The notes below the pieces were generated by a model. The model saw nothing but the letters and a program-made list of their open reading frames with translations. It had not been told where the DNA came from and ran no database searches. Below, piece after piece: positions 21,201 through 30,100 of a stretch of DNA of 64,000 nt. The position numbers were made by a program, and so were the translations under genes. Within the stretch, counting starts at the first letter, position 1. Every line of letters begins with the position of its first letter. The stretch comes from Strigamia acuminata (lineage: Eukaryota): positions 2,232,001-2,296,000 of the forward strand of contig OX442314.1 of assembly GCA_949358305.1 (NCBI GenBank), given 5' to 3'.

Positions 21201-23865
21201 CGAGGTAGAATGGCATCATCTCGAGGTATGCACGAAAGCGTTTGACACCCCAAACCGCGGCCAAACATTCGATTTCGGTTACTTTATAGTTCTTTTCAGC
21301 GCTGTTTAATGCGCGAGAGGCAAATGCGATTGGAATTCTCACACCTTCATCGTTAAGTTGCATTAAAGCAGCACCTAATCCAGAATAACTAGCATCGGTC
21401 TGCAGTATAAATGGTTTTTTCCAACTGGGAAAACGTCTTTTCAGTGTTGGTATCGCAATCTGGTCTTTCAGATATTCGAACGCTGATTGCTGCGCATCTG
21501 TCCAAATCCAAGTTGCGTCCTTTTTAAGCAATGGTCGGAAAACTTCGCTAATTTTGGAAAAATTTGCAATGAATGATTGGTAATAACCTACCATGCCTTT
21601 AAATCGTTGTAATTCGCGCAAATTGGTTGGCGCGGGATAATTTTGAATAGCAACCACTTTCTTTGGATTTGGTGTAATCTGGCCAGATTCCACTATGTGT
21701 CCCAAAACCTCGAGTCTTTTTTGACAAAGCTCAGTTTTGTTGGCGTTCATGGTGAATCCAGCGTTGAACAATTCCTCTAAAACGAGGCGCAAATGTTGCA
21801 CGTGTTCCTCGAAAGTTCGGCTAAAAATAATCACGTCATCAATATACACAAATACAAATTTGTAAAGATACTTTGCAAGAGTCTTATTCATCGCTCGTTG
21901 GAGGGTAGCGGGTCCGTTGATAGGTCCGAAAGGCATGCGCACATATTCGAATAAACCTCGATGTGTTATAAAAGCTAAATACCGTTCGTCACCTTTGCGC
22001 ACGCCGATCTGATGGAAAGCTTCGCGTCCGTCGATTATCGAAAACCAATGCGCACCTCCCAAATATGCAAAGATGTTATCAATGTCCGGAAGGGGGTAAA
22101 CGTCCGGAATTGTTTGCGCATTAATGGGGCGAAAATCCATAGCAGTTCTCCATTCACCTGTCTTCTTGGGTACGACGACTGGAGCAACAGCGCAATCACT
22201 TTGGGATCGCCGAATAATACCTTGCTGCAGCTTTTTGTCGATATATTTATCAATTATCGCCTTTTTCGCAGGGTTCACCGGGCGCACAGGGACATGAATT
22301 GGACGAAAATCCGGTTTCAGGTTCACCTCGTACTCGGTGTTATTACATAAACCAATTTCTTCGCGAAAGATTTGCGAAATGGGCTGCAATGTTTTGATTA
22401 ATAGTTTTATCTGTGGCACTGTCAATTGGTTCCACAACTGGTGGTAAATCCAATCTAAATCGGTCGGATCTCCACTAGGTTGGTACTGCAAAAAATTAAT
22501 GTCATTAATGTTCATTTTAGAGTTATTCCCACCATTGTCAGGTTGCGCAATCGAAAAGATGTTGATTTTCGACTCCTTCTTGGCATTGATGTCTTTAGCA
22601 CGTTGCGCAACGAGTTGTTTGGCAATTGGACGAATAACATTGATTTTTCGTCGTAAACGTCGTAATCGTCGGAACTGACTCAAAGTTAATTTACGTAAAA
22701 TTGTCTTTTTTAAATTGGAGGAAATTTTAGAAGTTTCTTTCCTCTTTGGGGACCAAATATTCGACCATTTGCGTTGCGCACGATGTCGAACTTGTTTAAC
22801 TCGATACTGCGCATCGTCATGTGGATACTCGAATATTTCTTGTTGCAAGGGTCTATGCGCCAGGAGGAGGCAGTTAATTTCACTCACCGGATCCGGTTTC
22901 CTTAGTATTTTCGTCGGAACGATCTCACTAATGGCCGCCGGTGGGTTGGATGGATCCTGCGTTTCTTCCGGCGCAAATGGCAAAACCAGAATTGACTCTG
23001 ACTTTTTTGCTTCTTCATAAGTCATGAATTTGCGAATCTCATTTGAGCCCACCATGCTCCACTGTTGTCTCGCATGGTCGATGTCGATTCCGGCCGCTGT
23101 GCAGAAATCACGTCCAAGGAGCATATCCATTTTGGCATCGGGTAAAACCATGCAAATGAATTTTATTATGCCTATTGGGGCGCGCAAAGCGAGCTGCATC
23201 GATTTGGTGGAATCCACTATGTCACCAGACGCGACCTGCACCCGCTCGTGGAGATTCACAAAGTCCAAACCCATTTTTTCGTGTAGTTGTTGGAACACGT
23301 CCTCACTCATTACACACGTTTGTGCGCCTGAGTCTAGAAGCGCAGTACAAGCTACATTAGCCCAGGAAATCTTTACGCAAGGTGCTTTCTTGCACAAACG
23401 ATCCCCGCGCGTTATCTCAATGATGGGTTCTTGAGTTTCTTTAAGTTCCTCTGGCGTTAACATTACGAAAGATACCTTCATAGGAGAGATCACTTCCTTT
23501 GGAGCCTCAGTCGTTGTTGCACTGGAAGTAGACTTAATTATTGGTAAAGTTTTAGTAATTTTACTCACTATTGTCACTTTCGGGTTTTTCTTCGAAATTA
23601 CAGGTTGCAAATCTGTTAATTTCGGCAATTCGTCCTTTACAGCTTCAGGAACGGCAGTCTGCAGATCTGACGCCTTTGTAGCTGAGGTGATGATGGAAGA
23701 TGATGAAGAAATAACACTACTTACAGGTTTATACTCTGAAAGAGTAATAACAGTAGGAGATGTTGTTAAATTAACCTGTGAAGGATCGTCCTCTTTCAAG
23801 TTAATTAAAGGTGAAGCGCGTCGTTTGGATTTCAGACGTTTTGCGCGAAGGGCCGGTCGACTCAT
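18259..23865 (-). CDS. pol: Gypsy Pol polyprotein (PR-RT-RNaseH-insert-IN), 1868 aa
   Basis: LLDSGA protease, YVRMPFG/YIDD RT, QTDAS..EIECLA..SDHQSL RNase H, H..GH..CEAC zinc finger, integrase IDYYG/SDNA/AERLN. Confidence 0.97.
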   Translation of the reverse strand: MSRPALRAKRLKSKRRASPLINLKEDDPSQVNLTTSPTVITLSEYKPVSSVISSSSSIITSATKASDLQTAVPEAVKDELPKLTDLQPVISKKNPKVTIVSKITKTLPIIKSTSSATTTEAPKEVISPMKVSFVMLTPEELKETQEPIIEITRGDRLCKKAPCVKISWANVACTALLDSGAQTCVMSEDVFQQLHEKMGLDFVNLHERVQVASGDIVDSTKSMQLALRAPIGIIKFICMVLPDAKMDMLLGRDFCTAAGIDIDHARQQWSMVGSNEIRKFMTYEEAKKSESILVLPFAPEETQDPSNPPAAISEIVPTKILRKPDPVSEINCLLLAHRPLQQEIFEYPHDDAQYRVKQVRHRAQRKWSNIWSPKRKETSKISSNLKKTILRKLTLSQFRRLRRLRRKINVIRPIAKQLVAQRAKDINAKKESKINIFSIAQPDNGGNNSKMNINDINFLQYQPSGDPTDLDWIYHQLWNQLTVPQIKLLIKTLQPISQIFREEIGLCNNTEYEVNLKPDFRPIHVPVRPVNPAKKAIIDKYIDKKLQQGIIRRSQSDCAVAPVVVPKKTGEWRTAMDFRPINAQTIPDVYPLPDIDNIFAYLGGAHWFSIIDGREAFHQIGVRKGDERYLAFITHRGLFEYVRMPFGPINGPATLQRAMNKTLAKYLYKFVFVYIDDVIIFSRTFEEHVQHLRLVLEELFNAGFTMNANKTELCQKRLEVLGHIVESGQITPNPKKVVAIQNYPAPTNLRELQRFKGMVGYYQSFIANFSKISEVFRPLLKKDATWIWTDAQQSAFEYLKDQIAIPTLKRRFPSWKKPFILQTDASYSGLGAALMQLNDEGVRIPIAFASRALNSAEKNYKVTEIECLAAVWGVKRFRAYLEMMPFYLESDHQSLKWLFQQREPTGRLARWVLSLSDYKFTFLHCSGCKNKVADALSRAPVDPPEVDDEDDSPEVDEACYLAYFDDCNEWPALNIIKELPKDINLQFRKLFKSKFKKVPLIAASLPTKKKNKKKSLIPRPTGKEKVTGNAPTSGAQIPSSTGVATPPTRAPPVTIPPVASVPVAQPTSQVKTPNLSPVRVSVPLRTRRQRSLIPILIKKRGRPRKIDIVPILSPHAKRAIATRTRARLKDPSLIPKTPPWLPPRYAGTIKKWTFPKLLKSQQVGKLKAVRRKSAIPSHVVKPKSKSVLIPPPLPIPTPPATPISTPIPSSIPPSAIIPTRIPAPINPSSFRKKTASAPSQLPTPGTLVDKIRRNFRRITGVPAPIIQPDSHRRPTTKPSPEIPNLPTPSPTPSIPITDFPIISPRQHSEPVMYDDAAGPSGQQRPEGYTSDPDSDSTSSEDSFGPIRDMSPPTRNYYAPPTSARRTPSRLRPRRERTVIEDSRTEAEKQAELEHDPPIEHPPFELLPTAAEIIAAQRQDPWSRELIFYLTAQMLPLDPDEAAKIVADAQDFGMYKEMLCRFPPVHINEIRKRRQIYLPFELRERYFRAMHYPPVVGHMGQERTLHRIKSRVFWPKMREDIRTWIQVCEACQRAKPLNRLPYGKMIMSRSRRLFSAIYIDYYGKKPRSTEGHCYAFVMVDSASRWLDVRLTENSNIATTVKQIQKFCKRWGFPKIIISDNAPAFRSPEFRSQIQQLGAINRYTAAYHPQGNIAERLNQSLKNCILAYIDDDHTRWDVNIGYFVLAINSAYQISLKYSPFKMVTGQEARFPGDLDSDTDDGEPLPPVEAENLHEHMRRMRESAINNLRESQIRHKKWFDLKRRPHDFRPGDWVTLRNRQPSSADKQFAAGLRQRTEGVYIIHRLVGPNTVILMDENGQKTQPYNVVELRHWFFAEANFLTLKDVEIIDKHVEIFAVNTLDIFSAYFLSFK

Positions 23866-25832
23866 TTGCGGCCTGGTTCCACCGGCTTCCCGAACTTCAG
23901 GCCTTCGGAGTTTTCCGGTCTCCTAAATGGCTGGTAACATATGGGGCACAACGGATGCCAAGTTGCTGTATCTACCAAATACCACCAATCCTTCGGTGTT
24001 TTCCTCCAGGCTGTGCCTTTCTCAGGACATTTGACAGTTAATGGTGGTTTTGGCGCTGGTGGAAACGTGACAATTGACGTAGAGCACACATGGTCCTTTG
24101 GGACGTCTGCTGGAGGTGTCAGAGTAGCTAAATTTATTTTAATTGTTGCCTTCTGAGCCGCCTCGGCGACTGTGCTCTTCTTAATTTCAGGTTCAGCATC
24201 CGTGTCGCTGCTACTACTACTCGTATCGGGTTCCTGCGCAGGTGGAGATTGTTCTGGTCTCGCCTGCACTGCAGCTAACTCGATTAAGAATTGTTTTCGA
24301 TACCTCGCAAAACGTTTGACGTCCTGGGACACGAGAGATTTGACATCATCGTCTCCTTTGGACTTCTCCGCAGCCTTGAGCACTGTGGGGCGTTGCGCAT
24401 CACGCAGAGAGGGCATTCGTTGATCAGCCATACCCAGATCTTTGTATTCGTCTGCTCGAATGGTGTCCAGCTGTAGACGATTGTCGATGTCATTACCTCT
24501 TTGGATCGCCTCGTCCAGCGAGTTTACGTTCCATGCGCGCAAGAGATGAACAACTTCGGTTTGCATCATGTTCTGAGCTTTCTCCCATTGGAGCTCTGGG
24601 TCGGTATATCCTGCAACCTGAAGATAATATACAATCTCACTTAAAAATGACATCGTAGACTCTCCATTTCGTTGCTTTCGCTTGGATAGCTTCACATTGG
24701 CCGCTGCCGAATTCATGGCGAAAGCTCGTCGAAATAATATCTCAAAGTCCTCCCATGTTTTTGGTTTTGGTTTTAGTGATAACCACCATCGCTGCGCTCT
24801 TCCACGCGTTGCTTGAATGACAAATACTTTTAAATATTCATCCACCGGGGCCTGCATAGAATACATGTGCGCGTACAAATGCGCAAGAAAAAGATTAATG
24901 TAATCAAGATCGGCTTTATCTGGATCAAACAAAGGTGGTTTTCCAGGCTTGAAACAATTTTTATCTTTACTTGCGTGTTGCGCTCTTACTGACGGCAGTG
25001 ACAACTTTGCCTTGGTGTCGGATCTATCCCGAGGATATCCCATCTTGGAGTATAGCATCGAGCTCATTAAATCTCGATTTGCTCGTGTTGAATGGTCCAA
25101 ATGAGCAGATTCCTGTGATGGAGCCTGGGTATAGATCGTTGCCATCGTCGGCATTGGCGGCGTGGTTGTTGTGTAAACAATTTGCGCAGCCTGCGCGGAC
25201 ATTTTCGTCTGCTGGCCTCGATGTTCAACTTCCCGATGCTGGTGCGGACATGCTGTGGGAAGTCCCAAATCATATGGTGCCGAGGTGCCTTTAACTCTTA
25301 TGGAGCCATGCGAGGATCCACCGTCTAGAGACCGTGCGGTCCCTGTTCGTAGAGAGCGAGGGCCTTGTTGGAATATTTCGCGAATCTCATTTACTAGACC
25401 TCGTGTTTGAGCATAGTATTGGTTGCGCAAGTCGGACATCAGCAAACCTTCCGTATTTAATGTGACGGGGTCTACTAATGCTCTAGGCTGAGTCGAATCG
25501 AAAAAAGATGGCGCCGCCAAAAAGTTAGCGGGTGTTGACGTGGCAAAATTTACTTGAGGTTGCGCTCGTGAATTTGCAACAGCCATTGTCATGATATGAT
25601 TTGATGGGGCTGGCTGTTGTTGCGCAATACTCACAAGCGTTTCCTGTTGTTCGATACGACTTCTTCGTAATTGGTCGTGTTGCTGCCACTCTCGAAATTC
25701 CCTTTCCTCTTCCCGGCGAACACCACTCCTCCGTTCGGACTGTTGCCATTCCTGCTCCATTTCTAACTCACTGAAATCAAATGGATCGCGCGTGACGGGA
25801 CGAATTCCGTCACCTCCCAACTGTCTCGACAT
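23862..25832 (-). CDS. gag: Gypsy Gag, 656 aa
   Basis: First ORF after the PBS; retrotransposon capsid-like GRAQRWW..TWEDFEILFRRAF..KRKQRNGES motif. Confidence 0.9.
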   Translation of the reverse strand: MSRQLGGDGIRPVTRDPFDFSELEMEQEWQQSERRSGVRREEEREFREWQQHDQLRRSRIEQQETLVSIAQQQPAPSNHIMTMAVANSRAQPQVNFATSTPANFLAAPSFFDSTQPRALVDPVTLNTEGLLMSDLRNQYYAQTRGLVNEIREIFQQGPRSLRTGTARSLDGGSSHGSIRVKGTSAPYDLGLPTACPHQHREVEHRGQQTKMSAQAAQIVYTTTTPPMPTMATIYTQAPSQESAHLDHSTRANRDLMSSMLYSKMGYPRDRSDTKAKLSLPSVRAQHASKDKNCFKPGKPPLFDPDKADLDYINLFLAHLYAHMYSMQAPVDEYLKVFVIQATRGRAQRWWLSLKPKPKTWEDFEILFRRAFAMNSAAANVKLSKRKQRNGESTMSFLSEIVYYLQVAGYTDPELQWEKAQNMMQTEVVHLLRAWNVNSLDEAIQRGNDIDNRLQLDTIRADEYKDLGMADQRMPSLRDAQRPTVLKAAEKSKGDDDVKSLVSQDVKRFARYRKQFLIELAAVQARPEQSPPAQEPDTSSSSSDTDAEPEIKKSTVAEAAQKATIKINLATLTPPADVPKDHVCSTSIVTFPPAPKPPLTVKCPEKGTAWRKTPKDWWYLVDTATWHPLCPICYQPFRRPENSEGLKFGKPVEPGRK

Positions 25833-25912
25833 GATGAAGAAAATGTGAAATGATTAAATAAATAACTCAAAAAACTAACCTTTTCGCGCGTTTAAGCCTT
25901 ATAGGTGAGAGC

Positions 25913-25932
25913 GAATCCTGTCAGGCTCGCCA
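25913..25932 (-). promoter_or_regulatory. Primer binding site, tRNA-Arg type
   Basis: Minus strand TGGCGAGCCTGACAGGATTC resembles the complement of the tRNA-Arg(ACG) 3' end; 4 nt from the 5' LTR. Confidence 0.75.
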
Positions 25933-25936
25933 TGTT

Positions 25937-26608
25937 TGTTACGAATCAACTTAGATGTTTAATTGATTTGATCTGAATTTACGCGCAAGGTGATGTTAGC
26001 GCAAATCAGCGGGCAAAGTTCGTAGATTTACTCTGTTTGTGCCATCGTCATATGCGGATATCGGACGGTGAATAAACCTAACTCGCTGTAACACACATTA
26101 TTTATATTCGACGGGCTCAATCTCACGTTGTGGGTCTTTACGTTTAAAAAGAATGAGTATGCGCAGTGATATTCGTATGCGGGTGGGCATAGGATGTCAC
26201 AGGCATGCGAAGGGATAAAAGGTGGGCAAAAAGAGGCGCTATTAAGTGTTAAATTAGAAGAGGCGCGTGTTAAAGCGCAAAATAAAGATTGACAAACTCA
26301 ATTCAATCTAAGAGGTGTTAACTCGTTGAAAGAGGTATGAGAAGTGTGGATTATGGATAAAAGTAGCGACCAGGTAAACATGAGTCATGTGACCAGGTCG
26401 ATTGGAGTGGGTGAGGGGGTGGAAGGTATAAAATAAGGTTAATTGTTGGAAATAATAAGATGCGCGCAATGAGGCTGCGCATATATTTAGAGATGATTCA
26501 TCAATGTTAGATGAAAAGAAAGATTGGGAAAAAATAAGAAAACTTAAGATTGGGTCAGTCTAAGTTAGAAATGAATAAAAAAGAAGGGTGGGTAACCTGC
26601 CCGTGACA
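25937..26608 (-). repeat. 5' LTR of Gypsy element
   Basis: Direct repeat of 12605-13276; adjacent to the PBS. Confidence 0.97.
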
Positions 26609-26864
26609 GCACCTTGTAGAACAAACATTGGGCTTTATTTAAAAAAAAAATAAAATTTTAACTTAAATGGGCCAAAAGTTATGGCTATTTGAATTTGCGT
26701 CACTTGGCACAAGTGTATTGGGCCACCACGCTAATTGCCTCAAGTGAGTTGGGCCGGCAGAAAAAGCTTAGCACCACATCCGAAAAATCACACAAAAAAC
26801 TGGTTTCTTCAGAAAATCATTGTTTATTGGAACAATACTTTACAATATTTTGTTGAATAACCAA

Positions 26865-27103
26865 AATTTTGTATGTGATTGTGCAGGCCAAGTCAAAACC
26901 TAAATGTGATGGGTTTGGAAAACTGAGCAAATGACTTGACTTTATGTTTAGAATCATTTTCCTGCTGAAATATCCATGTCAAAGGCAGTTTATCATCTCC
27001 AAATTGAAGCATAACAATCCTTCAATACTTTTTCATAAGTATATTGGTCCATGATATTCTTAATTTAATGTTGTGGACCGATACACATACAGGAAACCAT
27101 CTC
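26865..27103 (-). mobile_element. Tc1/mariner transposase remnant
   Basis: Frameshifted translation gives IGP.H.IKNIMDQYTYEKVLKD / WIFQQENDSKH / LTWPAQS, typical Tc1 catalytic-domain motifs. Confidence 0.75.
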
Positions 27104-30100
27104 TGTGGAAACTGGAGTTCCTGTAGAAGTCAACATTTAGGGGGAATTGTAGGTGGCGCCATGTTTGGCCACCAGAGGGTCACTTCGGTGACCCACTCTG
27201 TACTGGGATGATTTATTGTTAGAATTAAGGGTAGGGAATAGAACATTACCTATTTCCGTTTTTGAATAAATTAATTACTGTTCAAATGTAAATCCGTGTG
27301 TACGCATGCTTTATTTGTCATCCACAAGATTCAACCAAATTCAACAACCATCAAGTATCCAAAGTAACTTTTATTTGTTCAACATAACATTTTGAGTTGC
27401 ATCCGCAACATTGGTGCCGAAAACCCGAGACCTTTTAAAAGAAAAACCAAGGAAAATCGATCGCAATGACGGATTTGGAGAAGAATCGAAGACAAAGGGA
27501 AGCCGCGAGGACTAACATTCGAAATATTTTCAACACATTGAAACATGAAATAAAACAAGATCCGGTAAATGAAGTAAAACTTTTATGCATACAAGCACAG
27601 TTACTTTTAAAGGGACCAAAGATCGAGAAGTTGGACATTCTGGTGGCCGACGCCATCACCGACATTGACGAAGTCACGGACGATACGATTGGAGCCGAGG
27701 AGTTCCAAGACGAATTGGTAGCAGCAAAAGTCACGCTGGAAATGGCTTTGAAAGAAATCACACAACTGAAACCGCAAGTACTAAATCCAAACTTACCACT
27801 TATTAATCCCGTTATCGTTAATACGCCGATCGGAGGCCAACAATACACAAGCATGAAATTGCCGAAGCTGGAAATTGCCAAATTCAGGGGAACACCCGAA
27901 ACGTGGACTCAATTCTGGGGAGACTTCCAGTTAAGCGTGCATAACAACACTTCGCTTCCCAAAACGGCGAAGTTCGTGTATTTGCGATCGTTGGTCGAAG
28001 GATTGGCCGCCAACGCGATAAGTGGACTCACGGTAACGAATGAAAATTACGACAGCGCGGTCGGTTTGCTGGCAAGTAGATTTGGTAAACCGGACTTGAT
28101 AATAAATGCACACATGCAAAAATTCCTCGAGGTGAAGCCCGTGAAAAATGCAGAAGATGTTGTTGCACTTCGAGAACTTTATGATTATTGCGACCTTCAC
28201 ATAACAAGTTTAGGAAATTTAGGAGTGGATGCATCAACGTTTGGGGCACTCTTGGGCCCAATTTTAACTCGTGCGACGCCCGATTCGATGCAACACAACT
28301 TTTCCAGATCCAGAGGCGAATTACCATGGTCGATGACAGATTTTCTGAAGTTTTTCCGATTCGAAATCGAGATGCGCGAGAGGACGAAGGCGATGAGTGA
28401 TAAAAACAACTTGATCGAAAAGAAAGAAACTACTACGAAAAAACAAGAGGAAGTAACTAAGAAAATAAATACAAAGAATAATCCACTTGGTTCCGCCGCA
28501 GCTTTGACAACAATCACGTACAAATGCACATTTTGTCAAAAAGAAGAGCATACGAGCCCAAACTGTCCGCTGACTCTTGCCGAACGTAAAGCTGCGTGCA
28601 TGAAGTTTCGAAGATGCTATCGTTGTCTCAAGGAGGGACACATCGCCTCCAGATGCAAAACTCGATTTCGATGCAAGAACTGCGAAAAGAATCACCACAC
28701 TTACCTGTGCGACGCTGAAGAGAAGAAACCAATCGAGACACTGACCTCATCCGCCGTTTTGGAGCAGGAACAACCAGTATCCGTGATGTTTTTGCAAGTA
28801 CTCGTTGTAGATGCGTGCGGACAATCGAAAAAGCGTAAAGTACAGTGTTTTTTGGATGGCGGGTCGCAGAAGACATTTATTACGGAGAAGTTGTCTCGAG
28901 AACTGAACTTGGAACGAGTTGGCGAACAAGATATTGCATTGTTAACCTTTGGAGCAACCGAGCCAACAATTGCGAAGAGAAATCGAGTGAAACTGTTAAT
29001 GAATAATTGCGACAATGTTGCCTTTAATTTAGAAGTCGAAGCACTAGAAACTCCGTGGATCACACCAGCGCTGAAGGGACAGACTGACCAGAGAATACTG
29101 AGCGAACTGAAGAAACACAACATCAAATTGGCAAGCAACGGAAATGTTCAAATGGACGATGGAGTTTCGATTTTGATCGGAGTGGACAATTTTTGGAAAG
29201 TGACCACCGGAAAACAACACCGACTTGGAGAAAATTTAATGGCAATAGAAACGATTTTCGGTTGGACTTTGCACGGCTCATCTGGGGAGAATAAAGAGAC
29301 AGTATCGGCGCTCGTACGGGTAAATAAAATCCTTGTAATTGACAATACTAATGAGCTTTTGGAGAAATTTTGGAGTTTGGAGGCAATCGGGATTAAACAC
29401 GAGACCGTGGAACGAAACGAGGACGAAGAGCAAACATTGAAACGATTCAAGGAAAGCATCGAATGGGTACAAGACCACTACGAAGTCGAACTGCCGTGGA
29501 AACTGAACGCCAAAGAACTGGACGACAACCGACAACCAGCATTAAAAAGATTTTGGAGTTTGGTCAATCGATTTAGAAAAAATCCGAAGCTGTATTTACA
29601 ATACAAAGAAGTGATCACGGAGCAACTTAGAACTGGAATTGTCGAAGAAGTACCACAGGAAACTGGAGAAAATAACCCAATTTATTATATTCCACACAGA
29701 CCCGTGATCGACGAGACAAGAGCAACGACCAAACTTAGAATCGTGTACGACGCTTCCTCACACGCGAAAGGATGCTTCTCATTGAACGACTGTTTATACA
29801 AGGGATCGAACTTATTGCCAAAATTACTAAACGTGATTCTCAAATTTAGAACAGGAATCATCGCAGCCATCGCGGATATTGAAAAGGCCTTCCATCGCAT
29901 CCATTTGAAGAAAAAAGAACGCGATGTCATGAGATTTCTTTGGCTCGAGGAAAACTGGAATGGAACCGAACCAGCGAAGATAAGGGAACTCAGACAAACA
30001 CGAGTGCCGTTTGGTACATCCCCCAGCCCTTTTCTCCTCTCGGCCACCATCGATCATCATGTCGAAGACTTCAAGGAAGAATATCCGGAAACATGCAAGC

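Larger units (their letters stand above)
12605..26608 (-). mobile_element. Full-length 14,004-bp Ty3/Gypsy LTR retrotransposon with three long ORFs
   Basis: Two 672-bp TG...CA LTRs with no difference seen by eye, TSD GCAC (12601-12604 and 26609-26612), PBS, PPT, gag, and pol in PR-RT-RH-IN order. Confidence 0.97.
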
